Source: Eledone cirrhosa (lineage: Eukaryota). Taken from it: 64,000 bases of DNA. Location: contig OZ024740.1 in assembly GCA_964016885.1 (NCBI GenBank), positions 401,946,001 to 402,010,000 on the forward strand, given 5' to 3'. The position numbers and the translations under genes were made by a program. This document shows positions 49,847 to 63,854 of the stretch, one piece after another. The notes beneath the pieces are model-generated. The model did not search any database. It was given only the letters and a program-made list of their open reading frames with translations, and was not told where the DNA came from. Within the stretch, counting starts at the first letter, position 1, and each line of letters opens with the position of its first letter.

Positions 49847-49887
49847 CTATATATATATATATATGCTATATATATATATATATATAT

Positions 49888-49944
<57 letters not shown>

Positions 49945-49954
49945 TATATATATA

Positions 49955-50008
<54 letters not shown>

Positions 50009-50058
50009 TATATATATATACTATATATATATATATATATATATAGTATATATATATA

Positions 50059-50172
<114 letters not shown>

Positions 50173-50252
50173 ATATATATATATATATATATAGCATATA
50201 TATATATATATATATAGTATATATATATATGTATATATATACTATATATATA

Positions 50253-50298
<46 letters not shown>

Positions 50299-50394
50299 TA
50301 TTTACATATATATACTATATATATATACTATATATATGTATATATATAAATATATATATATACTATATATATATATACTATATATATATATATA

Positions 50395-50435
<41 letters not shown>

Positions 50436-50490
50436 ATATATATATATATAGTATATATATATACTATATATATACTATATATATATGTAT

Positions 50491-50572
<82 letters not shown>

Positions 50573-50621
50573 TATATATATATATATACTATATATATAT
50601 ATATACAATATATATATATAT

Positions 50622-50684
<63 letters not shown>

Positions 50685-50755
50685 TATATATATATATACT
50701 ATATATTTATATATACTATATATATATATATACAAGATATATATATATATATATA

Positions 50756-50792
<37 letters not shown>

Positions 50793-50849
50793 ATATATAT
50801 ATATATAGTATATATATATACTATATATATATACTATATATATATATAT

Positions 50850-50947
<98 letters not shown>

Positions 50948-51000
50948 TATATATATATATATATATATACTATATATATATATATACTATATATATATAT

Positions 51001-51039
<39 letters not shown>

Positions 51040-51088
51040 TATATATATATATACTATATATATATATATATACTATATATATATATAT

Positions 51089-51151
<63 letters not shown>

Positions 51152-51176
51152 TATATATATATATACTATATATATA

Positions 51177-51247
<71 letters not shown>

Positions 51248-51270
51248 CTATATATATATATATATATATA

Positions 51271-51330
<60 letters not shown>

Positions 51331-51351
51331 CTATATATATATATATATATA

Positions 51352-51382
<31 letters not shown>

Positions 51383-51408
51383 CTATATATATATATACTA
51401 TATATATA

Positions 51409-51456
<48 letters not shown>

Positions 51457-51474
51457 TATATATATATATATATA

Positions 51475-51544
<70 letters not shown>

Positions 51545-51600
51545 TGTATATATATATATATACTATATATATATATATATACTATATATATATATATATA

Positions 51601-51634
<34 letters not shown>

Positions 51635-51838
51635 TATATATATATATATATATACACTCTATATATATTTATTGAAATAACAGATTAAAGTTTAAGCAAA
51701 GAATCGCTGCTTTCACACTTAACGGGATCTTCTGAAACTAACAAAGTCAATCTGTAAACGCAGAACTGGATATTTCAAAAAACGTTGCAACCGGAGGAAG
51801 AGCCCTCTTTGGATTTTAGTCTTCAATTTTATTATTAT

Positions 51839-51878
<40 letters not shown>

Positions 51879-51888
51879 TATATATATA

Positions 51889-51926
<38 letters not shown>

Positions 51927-51942
51927 TATATATATATATATA

Positions 51943-52041
<99 letters not shown>

Positions 52042-52245
52042 TATATATATATATATAAACTATATATATATATACTATATATATATAGTATATATATACT
52101 ATATATATATATACTATATATATATATATATAAACTATATATATATATACTATATATATATATACTAAATATATATATATATATACTATATATATATATA
52201 TATACTATATATATATATATATACTATATATATACTATATTTAGT

Positions 52246-52470
52246 GAAGGCGTGTGGCTGAGTGGTTAGAGTATTGGATTCACAATCGTGAGGTTGTGAG
52301 TTCGATTCCTGAACCAGGCGATGCGTTATGTCCTTGAGCAAGACACTTTATTTCACGTTGCTCCTTCTACCTGGAGTTGCGACCGATAGATAGTATTAGC
52401 AATTGGAAAGACCAACGGAAACATAGTTTCCTCGGTCCGATTTGACGAAAGTCGATCGACTAGAATAATA
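52246..52470 (+). mobile_element. tRNA-derived SINE family B
   Basis: A box tggctgagtgg, anticodon-like ttcacaa, B box gagttcgattcc, then a non-tRNA body; two minus-strand homologs in the window. Confidence 0.85.
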
Positions 52471-52644
52471 CTATATATATATATATACTATATATATATA
52501 TATATATATATACTATATATATATACATATATATATATACTATATATATATATATATACTATATATATATATATATACTATATATATATACTATATATAT
52601 ATATATATATATATACTATATATATATACTATATATATATATAT

Positions 52645-52675
<31 letters not shown>

Positions 52676-52799
52676 GTAGGAGGTGAGTTTTATTGTAATA
52701 CAATAAAGCAATGCAGATATCGGATAAGAAGCACTCTACAGTTTGTAGGACTGGAGTATACATAATATAAGATCAAAAGATGGTTAAAGGAGTTCCATG

Positions 52800-52870
52800 T
52801 ATTTTATTATGCGCATTTCAAAAACAAACATCATCATGCAATAATATTTGTGTTTTCATCAGATAAAACA
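52800..52870 (-). ncRNA. PLE-associated hammerhead ribozyme motif
   Basis: Minus strand: tgttttat CTGATGA [long stem II] GAAA TGCGCA TA ataaaata; palindromic stem-loop III. Confidence 0.85.
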
Positions 52871-53594
52871 GGAGAACATGGTATGAAGGCTAAAAAACAC
52901 TTGTGGATAGTGCAGTTTTAAATCAACATATGAAAAGTGGTTTTAGATTGATGTGTGATATTGGGAAAAATATTTTATTTGGAGAGGGGGGTGGAAAGTT
53001 TGAAAAAGAGGAGGAGATGAGAGGGAGAGATGGGTGATAGAGAGAAAGAGATAGTTTTTATAACTGAGAGGAGATATATTGTTTTACATAGAGAGGTTGA
53101 AAACCGTTGGAAGATAATGTGTAAATTAAAAAAATTTGAAAATTAACGAAAGGAGGATATGTGCGAGGAAAAAGTATTTTATTTAGGGAGGGGGGGGATG
53201 AAAAAAGGGGGAGGAGATGAGAGTGAAGGTGGAGAGGGAGAGATGGGTGATAGAGAGAAAGAGATAGTTTTTATAACTGAGAGAAAGATATATTGTTTTA
53301 CATAGAGAGAGGTTGAGAACCGTTGGAAGATAATGTATAAATTAAAGGAATTTGAAAATTAACGAAGGGAATTTATGTATGAAGATAGAGAGAAGAAATA
53401 ATAATTGTGGATGAATATTCTAACGTCAAAAAAAGGGGTATGTTGATAAGTATTGTGGCAATTTCAAAATTAACGAAGAGAAAAATTATTAAGGTTTGTG
53501 TGTAGAAGGATTTGAGAAAAATAATGTGAAGTTAAAGTTTGTATATTGGAGGAATTGATAATATATGCGAATAAAGAGTTAATATGTATTAAGA

Positions 53595-55379
53595 ATGAGT
53601 TCGTTGATGGGGATGTTTAGTAAAGCCATCTTGGATAGAATTATCCCACAGGTTAGTTCTAATTGCTCTTCTTTGAACCTAAATTTATGGTTTGGTACTT
53701 CTGAGGTGATTGGCTGGTTCAACAAATTGAATAATAAAAACAAACTGAAATTTATTCAATTTGATATTGCCAGCTACTATTCCTCCATTTCGCCTTCACT
53801 TCTCAATAATGCTCTATCTTTCGCACTTAAATATTCTGACATCACCACAGATGAACTTCACATCATCCTCACCGCACGTAAAACCATCCTAGAGTTCAAC
53901 AACGAATATTGGACCAGAGCCGATACCTCTAACAACTTCGACATCACAATGGGAGCATCCGATTCATCCCAATTGACTGATTTAATTGGTATCTTCATTT
54001 TGAACTCTTTGAGTCGGAAAATTCCTCAACTTCGCGGTGGAATTTATCGTGACGATGGACTCTTTACTATCCTAAATTGCAATATAGTTAACCTTAATAT
54101 TATTAAGAACAATATACGTAATCTCTTTAACCAACATAACCTAAAAATTGAATTTGATAATAGTATCAAACTAGCTAATTTCTTGGATGTATCTCTTAAT
54201 CTTGACACTGGCCTATATTACCCTTACCATAAAAACAATGAGAACCTAAATTATGTTAACTTTAAATCTAACCATCCTACCAATATCAAGAATGCTATAG
54301 TTAGTAATATTGGAAAAAGAATATCTAACATATCCTCTAATAAAAACATCTTTGATGCTAACGCCAATTACTATAATAACGCACTTTCTAAAGCCGGCTA
54401 TCCAGATAAAATCAAATATAGTAAAGAAACAAATTCTAGAAAAACTTACAGTAGAATAATTAATCATGATCATTCCAATAATTTTAATAAAAGACCTAGA
54501 TACAAAAACATAATCTGGTATAATGCTCCTTTCTCCATCTCTATTAATAACAATATTCTTAAATTATTTTTTAGGGCCTTAAATAAATGCTTCCCTCCCT
54601 CACATATCTATAGTAAAATATTTAACAAACACACCATCAAATTTTCTTATTCCACATCCTCCAATATTTCCAACATCATCTCTAAACACAACAATAAAAT
54701 ACTAAATACTAAATCTCTTCCTTCCAACATTGAATTTCATAATAACAGTAATAGTACTCCCGACGTCATTGTAAACCCTAGGCTAACTTCTGTAAACCCA
54801 AATACAACGTCAAACACAACTTCGCTAAATGTTCATAATCCAACTCTAAATCAAGAAACTATTATTCCTATTATTCCTATCGCAAACAACTTCTCCAATC
54901 CAATTCCTTCTATAGATAACACTAGGTCACTCATTAATAATCTCTCTAATTGCAACTGCCGCATTAAAAATAAATGTCCTCTCAACAACCATTGTCTCGA
55001 TAAAAACTTAATTTATGAATGTAAAATTATAACTAGCACCAATTCCTTCACCTATTTTGGCTCCACTTCCACCTCTTTTAAAGCTCGTCTCTATAATCAT
55101 CATTCATCTTTCAAATACAAACTTAAAAGAACCAACACTGCTCTCTCAGAACTCATATGGTCCTTAAAAGACAAAAAAATTAAATATACCATCTTTTGGA
55201 AGAAGGTTTCTTCTGCATCCTCATACTTGAACAGCTCTCTATCTAAAATCTGTAATCTCTGCCTAAATGAAAAATTTACCATTATCTCTAACCTAGATTC
55301 TATAATAAATAGACGTACAGATTTGTTTTCTATCTGCCTGCATAAATTCCATAGAACTTTTCACAAAGTATACAGTTAA
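53595..55379 (+). CDS. PLE reverse transcriptase (N-terminally truncated) + GIY-YIG endonuclease, tentatively Nematis-like clade
   Basis: FIQFDIASYYSSI, ITMGA, IYRDDGL, NFLDVSLNL, SNHP; CNC..CPL..CL..LIY..YFGST..FKARLYNH..CNLCLNEK. The first ~6 codons come from the inverted arm. Confidence 0.93.
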   Translation: MSSLMGMFSKAILDRIIPQVSSNCSSLNLNLWFGTSEVIGWFNKLNNKNKLKFIQFDIASYYSSISPSLLNNALSFALKYSDITTDELHIILTARKTILEFNNEYWTRADTSNNFDITMGASDSSQLTDLIGIFILNSLSRKIPQLRGGIYRDDGLFTILNCNIVNLNIIKNNIRNLFNQHNLKIEFDNSIKLANFLDVSLNLDTGLYYPYHKNNENLNYVNFKSNHPTNIKNAIVSNIGKRISNISSNKNIFDANANYYNNALSKAGYPDKIKYSKETNSRKTYSRIINHDHSNNFNKRPRYKNIIWYNAPFSISINNNILKLFFRALNKCFPPSHIYSKIFNKHTIKFSYSTSSNISNIISKHNNKILNTKSLPSNIEFHNNSNSTPDVIVNPRLTSVNPNTTSNTTSLNVHNPTLNQETIIPIIPIANNFSNPIPSIDNTRSLINNLSNCNCRIKNKCPLNNHCLDKNLIYECKIITSTNSFTYFGSTSTSFKARLYNHHSSFKYKLKRTNTALSELIWSLKDKKIKYTIFWKKVSSASSYLNSSLSKICNLCLNEKFTIISNLDSIINRRTDLFSICLHKFHRTFHKVYS

Positions 55380-55736
55380 TATTCAATTCTTTATCAATTT
55401 AGAATCTTTTCTCAAAGGCACATATACATACACCTCTTTAAAATATACCCATCTTCCTACCATACTTTAAAGGGCATTATACACTCTATAATACTTGTTT
55501 ACTCATTACCCTCATTCTATCTTCACCTTGTAAAATCCTTCATAACATATACATCTGTTTTTTGACGTTAGAATATTCATCCGCAATCATTATTTTTTTT
55601 TCTCTATCATAAATCTTTTTAATCTCAATTTCATCCTTAATTTATTTTTTTTTCTCCCCATCAACGAACTCATTCTTAATACATATTAACTCTATATATA
55701 TATATACTATATATATATATACTATATATATATATA

Positions 55737-55808
<72 letters not shown>

Positions 55809-55826
55809 TATATATATATATATATA

Positions 55827-55860
<34 letters not shown>

Positions 55861-56013
55861 TATATATATATACTATATATATATATATACTATATATATA
55901 TATATATACTATATATATATATACTATATATATATATACTATATATATATATACTATATATATATATATACTATATATATATATACTATATATATATATA
56001 CTATATATATATA

Positions 56014-56044
<31 letters not shown>

Positions 56045-56201
56045 CTATATATATATATATATACTATATATATATATACTATATATATATATATATACTA
56101 TATATATATATATATATATATACTATATATATATATATATATACTATATACTATATATATATATACTATATATATATATATATATATACTATATATATAT
56201 A

Positions 56202-56247
<46 letters not shown>

Positions 56248-56365
56248 TATATATATATATATATATATACTATATATATATACTATATATATATATATAC
56301 TATATATATATATATACTATATATATATATATACTATATATATATATACTATATATATATATATA

Positions 56366-56403
<38 letters not shown>

Positions 56404-56724
56404 TACATATATATATATATATATATATATAGTATATGTATATATATATAATATATGTATATATATATAATATATGTATATATATATACTATATGTATAT
56501 ATATATACTATATGTATATATATATACTATACGTATATATATATACTATATGTATATATATATATATACTATATATATATATATTTACTATATGTATATA
56601 TATATACTATATGTATATATATATTTACTATATGTATATATATATATACTATATGTATATATATATACTATATGTATATATATATACTATATGATTATTT
56701 ATATACTATATGATTATATATATC

Positions 56725-56810
56725 CCACTTCTGACAGAATATTTTTCAAGGGCGGTGCCCCAGCATGGCCTCAGCCGGATGGCTGTAACAGGTAAAATAG
56801 TAAAAGAGTA
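56725..56810 (+). mobile_element. SINE 3'-end fragment
   Basis: ggcggtgccccagcatggcc..ggtaaaatagtaaaagagta resembles recalled octopus SINE tails. Confidence 0.45.
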
Positions 56811-57175
56811 TACTATATATATATATATTTACTATATGTATATATATACTATATATATATAAACTATATGTATATATATATACTATATATATATATATAT
56901 TTACTATATGTATATATATACTATATATATATATATACTATATGTATATATATATACTATATGTATATATATATAATATATGTATATATACTTTATATAT
57001 ATATATATATATATATATTTCGTTTCTGAATTTGTTTAGCAAGATTCTTTATCTGAAATCGTGTGTTGAAACCGATATTGTTATACTTTGCAGACTGAGC
57101 ACACAACACACACACAGAAACAAAATGGCGTATGACAGAACAAAGGAGAGGCACAGAAACAAAGAAAGGAATCCC

Positions 57176-57220
57176 AGTCACTGAAGAGGTCACAGAGTGT
57201 GTGACGAAAGAACTATGACT
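57176..57220 (+). ncRNA. Type I hammerhead ribozyme motif
   Basis: agtca CTGAAGA g-gtcaca-gagtg-tgtgac GAAA gaac TA tgact. Confidence 0.8.
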
Positions 57221-57370
57221 ATATATAAACAACTATCTGGTTGTGGAACCAACCAACCAACAAGAAATTTATAAATTTAAAAATTTATAAATTTATAAAT
57301 ATATAATAAATTGAAGTGAAAGCAACTGGTGCGTGTGTTTCTTATTGGCAACATCACCCTCCTAAAGTAT

Positions 57371-57430
<60 letters not shown>

Positions 57431-57434
<4 letters not shown>

Positions 57435-57770
57435 TTTCTAGCAGCCACCCTACTCGCCGTCAGGCACTAATCACAATCTTTCTGACTTGACCACTGGCCA
57501 TGTAACAATTCTTAGCCATTTTGAATTAGTTTTTGGCGGGGTTCATTAAGAATAATCTTTGTCCAATTGAATTTGTTTCCTGATGATTTCGAAACTCGTG
57601 AGATTTATCCATGATCGGATATTTCCATAAGCGAATGAAAACCCCGAGGGTAGAAACATGATTTTGGTATGTTTTTGTACATTTTTTCTTCTAACTTTCG
57701 TTTTGTACCTAATTGTGTATGGTTAACTCTATGTCTAGTCAATTTCTACGTGCGATTTGAAATACTAGGA
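57431..57770 (+). repeat. ~340-bp repeat; direct copy at 59827-60167, partial inverted copy at 37311-37370
   Basis: gcgctttctagcagccac...aatactagga in both copies. Confidence 0.9.
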
Positions 57771-57826
57771 AAATCTTCTGTGGCTGTGGATCGCGGATAA
57801 AATAGCTATCATTTATTTATATTTAT

Positions 57827-57906
<80 letters not shown>

Positions 57907-57930
57907 TATATATATATATATATATATATA

Positions 57931-57980
<50 letters not shown>

Positions 57981-58029
57981 TATATATATATATATATATA
58001 TATATACTATATATATATATATATATATA

Positions 58030-58063
<34 letters not shown>

Positions 58064-58067
58064 TATA

Positions 58068-58097
<30 letters not shown>

Positions 58098-58098
<1 letters not shown>

Positions 58099-59780
58099 TG
58101 TAAATGACCAAGCTAGCTAGATTGAAAAATACTAATTAGATTAATACAGTTTGCCTGTCTCGATTTACAATAATAAATCAATAAAAACAAACCCATATTG
58201 GCAATAGCCGTGATACCTGGACAAATTTAAATTTCAAAATCCAAACCTGTTCCGTAGACAAAATTAAATTTCAAAACCCAAATAAGTTTCGCAACGACAA
58301 TTTAAAAAAGTGACAAATTTCAATTTCTGTGGTCATCGGTAGGTATCCAGAAAATTGGCATGTTTCCCCTCGAAATACTTAGGAGGACAGGTAGTCAAGT
58401 GTTAATGCACATGGTTTTCCAGCTCCTAGCTATCCCCATACTCATGCTGCTAGAAATAACAGCCGTTTTTATGGGACTAAAATTTAGCTCAACAAAAGGA
58501 GCCGGCAATACTATATTTAGAGTTATAAATTCAAACAGTCTTTTACAATTAATTAGCTCAAAGAAAGAAGCATTTCTGAGTCGTGAAATAGAAGTTAATA
58601 TAAATTAATATATGATAAACACTAATATAAACATATAAGTGTTTTTATTGTAAATGACCAAGTTAGCTAGATTGAAAAATACTAATTAGATTAATACAGT
58701 TTGCCTGTCTCGATTTAAAACAATAAATCAATAAAAACAAACCCACATTGGCAATAGCCGTGATACCTGGACAAATTTAAATTTCAAAACCCAAATAAGT
58801 TTCGCAACGATAATTTAAAAAAGTGAAAAATTCCTATTTCTGTGATCATCGGCAGGTATCCAGAAAATTGGCATGTGTCACCTCGAAATACTTAGGAGGA
58901 CTGGTAGTCAAGTGTTAACGCACATGGTTTTCCAGCTCCTAGCTATCCCCATACCCATGCTGCTAGAAATAACAGCCGTTTTTATGGACTAAAATTTAGC
59001 TCAACAAAAGGAGCCGTCAATACTATATTTAGAGTTATAAATTCAAACAGTCTTTTACAATTAATTAGCTCAAAGAAAGAAGCATTTCTGAGCCTTGAAA
59101 TACAAGTTAATATAAATTAATATATGATAAACACTAATATAAACATATAAGTGTTTTTATTGTAAATGACCAAGTTAGCTAGATTGAAAAATACTAATTA
59201 GATTAATACAGTTTGCCTGTCTCGATTTAAAACAATAAATCAATAAAAACAAACCCACATTGGCAATAGCCGTGATACCTGGACAAATTTAAATTTCAAA
59301 ACCCAAATAAGTTTCGCAACGATAATTTAAAAAAGTGAAACATTCCTATTTCTGTGATCATCGGCAGGTATCCAGAAAATTGGCATGTTTCACCTCGAAA
59401 TACTTAGGAGGACTGGTAGTCAAGTGTTAACGCACATGGTTTTCCAGCTCCTAGCTATCCCCATACTCATGCTGCTAGAAATAACAGCCGTTTTTATGGA
59501 CTAAAATTTAGCTCAACAAAAGGAGCCGTCAATACTATATTTAGAGTTATAAACTCAAACAGTCTTTTACAATTAATTAGCTCAAAGAAAGAAGCATTTC
59601 TGAGCCTTGAAATACAAGTTAATATAAATTAATATATGATAAACACTAATATAAACATATAAGTGTTTGTATTGTAAAAGACCAAGTTAGCTAGATTGAA
59701 AAATACTAATTAGATTAATACAGTTTGCCTGTCTCGATTTAAAATAATAAATCAATAAAAACAAACCCATATTGGCAATA

Positions 59781-59781
<1 letters not shown>
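58098..59781. repeat. Tandem array of a ~512-bp unit (3.2 copies) inside (TA)n
   Basis: Units start ttgtaaa at 58098, 58648, 59160 and 59672. Confidence 0.95.
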
Positions 59782-59830
<49 letters not shown>

Positions 59831-60581
59831 TTTCTAGCAGCCACTCTACTCGCCGTCAGACACTAATCACAAGCTGTCTGACTTGCCACTGGCAATGTAA
59901 CAATTCTTAGCCATTTTGAATTCGTTTTTGGCGGGGATCCTTTAAGAATAATCTTTGTCCAATTGAATTTGTTTCCTGATGATTTCGAAACTCGTGAGAT
60001 TTATCCATGATCGGATATTTCCATAAGCGAATGCAAACCCCGAGGGTAGAAACATGATTTTGGTATGTTTTTGTACATTTTTTCTTCTAACTTTCATTTT
60101 GTATCTAATTGTGTATGGTTAACTCTATGTCTAGTCAATTTCTACGTGCGATTAGAAATACTAGGAATCATGATGATTAGCGGAAATTTAAAATATTTCC
60201 TTTTTCGCTAAGTTTTTGAATAACCGCCTGGGACCGGGGTTATTCCCTTGCCGGAATTAGCACGTGATAATTATAGATACGATTAGCAGCTTATAGCAGC
60301 AACATATAATTTGTCACTCCGATCCCAGGAAGAGCGATAAACCTGTTGATAAACTGAATCCAACGTTCGATCACCAATAACAGGAGCTTGCCTTTCAAGT
60401 AAGTCTGATATTTGATTTCGGATTCAAAGAAACACTTTGAACGACTGTTCGTTTAATTTGAACAGGTGTACTTTTTCTCAACCTGATTAGTTCTATCGTT
60501 GCTATGGTATATATTGTGTGTTAGTTTAGCCTTCCACAATGTTCGATTTGTCAATCTATTTAAACGTATGTTATTACTATA

Positions 60582-60773
60582 AGGGCGGTGGATTGGCAGT
60601 ATCGGTAGAGGGTCGGATGCCATGCTTTCCAGCATAGTTACGTCCCTTTACTATCTGAGTTCAAATCTGGCCGAGGTTGACTTTGCCTTTAATCCTTACG
60701 GGGTCGATAAAATAAAGTACCAGTAATGCAGTGGGTAATTGCTGGCCTTGTGCCTAAAGTAGAAACAGTTATT
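60582..60773 (+). mobile_element. tRNA-derived SINE family A
   Basis: Near-identical to 14570-14762. Confidence 0.85.
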
Positions 60774-61714
60774 ACTCTAAGGACCTACCATATCGAGTGC
60801 TTTGCTAACTCATCACTTCATATAAGTAGGCCGAATTCACTTGCAAACCGCCAGAGATTCGATTTTACTGATTTCCAATTATATATATATATATATATAT
60901 AATTATTGAAATTTCCGTTGGAAACAGAAAAGGTCATAGAAATGAAGAGTGCTCTATGTAAGTATCAGAGCAAAATTTAATGTATAAAATCAACACAATT
61001 ACCTCATTACCAGAGGTTTCCCGAATGAGGCGAATACGAAATAAACAACTTCATTCGTTCGTCAGACGAGGCAATATAAAACATGGGCAAATACTTAGAA
61101 AAACACATCAAGAAAATCAAAAAAAATATATAGATAAATGAAATAGAAATTGAAATATATAAAAAATCTATCAAGAAAAATAGTTAGGTGTGTGTATGTG
61201 TATGTATATACGCTCACAGATATGCATATATGTATATATGCACATGTAAATGTATAGTTAGAAAGTGTGCGTAATTATAAAAATTTAGGGCAAATGTATC
61301 TATATGTCTGTATTATACAGACAGAAATGGTTACATCGTAAATATAAGAATATAAAGTCGCGCGCATAAAAACGCCTGGACACTCGTACACTTAGATGTG
61401 GAAAGAAAGGAGGTAAAGATAGTATAATAATTAAAAGAAAAGTATCTGTCTCGATATATTTATAAAAATATAGTAACGATAAATTAGAAAGAAAAGATAG
61501 AAAGAAAAAATTAAAGAAAACAAAAAAAGAGGGGGTACATACATACACGGACACGCGTGTCTCACAAAAGAAATGTAAAAATAATTAAACTTATATACAC
61601 ACACGCACTTACACTTCCATACGTTCGATACGTACATACACACACACACACATACTTATACTCGCGCATATAAACCTGTATGCATGCCCACGTATGCATG
61701 CCCACGTATGAAAC

Positions 61715-63854
61715 TCTTGAGAGCGGTGTGGACGAGAGAGAGGGGGTAACCTCTGGGGATGAAATGGCTGACTAGGGAAAGGGGCTGGGACTCAAAGTCA
61801 CTATCTAGGCTACAGAGGCGGCGGATCCTGAGGAGTTGGGAGTAGGGAATAGAGTGTTTAGTGTGTGTGGGTGGGAAGAGGTGAAGTCAAGGTAGGAGTG
61901 GGAGTCGGTGGGTTTGAAGAAGGCGGAGGTGACGAGGGAGTGGTGGGAGGGGTCGAAGGCGACGGAGATGTCTAAGAAGTGGACGTGGGTGGTGGAGATA
62001 GAGGTGGTGAAGTGGAGGGAGGGGTGGAAGGAGCAGAAGAAGGAGAGAAAGGAGTCGAGCTGTTCTCGGGTGAGGGTCGTGGCTCCGATACAGTCGTCGA
62101 TGTAACGACCGTACAGTTCGGGCGTGGGGCCGGTATACACGCAAAGATTTGGGCCTCAACATGGCCAACAAAAGGGTTGGCACAGTTTGGGCCCATTCTT
62201 GTACCCATGGCTACACCCGTGACCTGTTGGTAAAACTCACCCGAGAAGGAGAAACAGTTGAGGGTGGGGACGAGCTCGGCGAGGCGAAGGATGGTGGGGG
62301 TGGAAGAGGTGGGGAGGGGCGAGAGTCGAGGTAGTGCTTGAGGGCACGTAGGCCGTCGTCGTGGAGGATGACGGTATAGAGGGACTTGATATCTAGGGTG
62401 AAGAGGAAGGGCTGTGGGCCGGGTGGGTAGGTGAAGGAGTCGAAAAGGCGCAGGACGTGATTGGTGTTGGAGATGTGGGAGGGGAAGGTGGTGACAAGGG
62501 GGGCGAGGATGGAGTCAAGGAAGGCGGAGATGAGTTCGGTGGGGCAGTTGCAAGAGGAGACGATGGGGCGGCCGGGGTTGTCGGGTTTGTGCAGTTTGGA
62601 GAGGAAGTAGATGGTGGGGGTGCGGACGATGAGGTGGGAAGCGATGGGGCGGGGGATGAGGGAGGAGGAGACAAGGTGTTGGATGGTGGAGTAAACTTGT
62701 TGTTGGTAGAGGGGTGTGGGATCGGAGGGTAGAGGGCGGTAGAAGAGGGGGTTACGAAGCTGCCTGAGGGCTTCGGCCGTGTAGAGGTCCGCGCGCCACC
62801 CACCACGGCGCCTCCCTTGTCCGCCGGTTTGATGACGATGTCATCTCGGCTACGGAGGGAGCGGATACCGAGGAGTTCGCCCCGTGAGATGTTATTCCGT
62901 TTGGAACGGTGGCGGAAGTCGAAGCGATTTACGGCGCTACGGCTGGCATCGACGAACGCGTCCAGGGTGCTAAATTGCCCTGGGGCCGGCGTCCAAGATG
63001 ATGGTCGTCGGCCCAGGGCGAGAAACGGGACTGGGGCGCTCGGAGCCGGTGGCGTTTGACCGAAATGTGCCTGTAGCTTCGTGCGTCGCACGAATCGCTC
63101 GACTTCCGTTCGGGTGCGGAACTCGTCGCTGTGCGGAGTGTGGAGTATGAAGCGAAGGCCTCTAATGAGGAGTGAGCGCTCAGGTGCGGAGAGGGGGAGG
63201 TCAGGGGTATGGTGACAACAAGTGGTGGGGTTTGGGTGTGTGAGGGAGGAAGGGAGGGTGTGGTGAGGGGTGAGGTGTAGGGTGGAGATTGGGTAGGGGT
63301 GTGGGTTGAGGGAGGGGTGGAGAGTGGTTGGGATGGGTGGAATGGGGGACTCATAGGGATGGTCGGGTGGTGATGGATGGGGTGGTTGGGAGGAGTGCGT
63401 GTAGCTTACAGTCTTTGGTGGAGGTGAGGAAGGAGAAGAGGTCGTGGTTGAGGTTTTGGATGAAGATGAGGATGGCGTGGGCGAGGAGGGGGTGGCAGGC
63501 GGAGTTAAGGCGGAGGAGGGTGGGGGGCAGTTGGTTGTCAAGTTTGCGGATGGTGGAGCGGGAGGCGCGGATGGAGTTGCGCATTAGGAGGCGCGAGGAT
63601 CGGGTGAGGATACGTTAGGTGGAGGGGGAAGCCTGGGAGGGGGATGTGTGGAAGTGTAGATGGAAGCCGATGGGGATAAGGTGGAGGTGGAGGCAGCGGC
63701 TGAGGAAATGGATGTGGCTGGAGTGCCGGGTTTTGGCGAAGAGAAGGTAGGACGTTGAAGGGCCGAGGGGAGATAGCAGGGTGGGAGGAGGGTGGGTAAG
63801 GAAAAGTTTGAGGCTAGTGTGGTGTTGGTGGAGAAAGGATCTCAGTCTGGGCAT
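61715..63854 (-). pseudogene. Frameshifted GC-rich Penelope-like element ORF (N-terminus + RT, no endonuclease), tentatively Neptune-like
   Basis: HIHFLSRCL..IPIGF, DIVIKPADKGGAVV, KLHKPDNPGRPIVS, LDIKSLYT, MGTRMGP, YGRYIDDCIG, FLDI and KPTDSHSYL..SSHP, spread over several frames. Confidence 0.9.

Larger units (their letters stand above)
52675..55693 (+). mobile_element. Penelope-like element with inverted pseudo-LTR arm (52675-53613)
   Basis: The arm is the reverse complement of the 3' region of the 39327 copy; ORF follows; both ends abut (TA)n. Confidence 0.92.

Noticed and set aside
52246-52320. tRNA-Val-like gene
   Set aside because: The acceptor stem does not pair and it continues into a multi-copy SINE body
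57575-57606. CTGATGA tttc GAAA ctcgtgag as an HHR (also near 59976)
   Set aside because: No stem II, no properly placed UH and no stem I
58320-58345. Minus-strand CCGATGA-ccaca-GAAA in the 512-bp unit
   Set aside because: Core mismatch and no supporting stems
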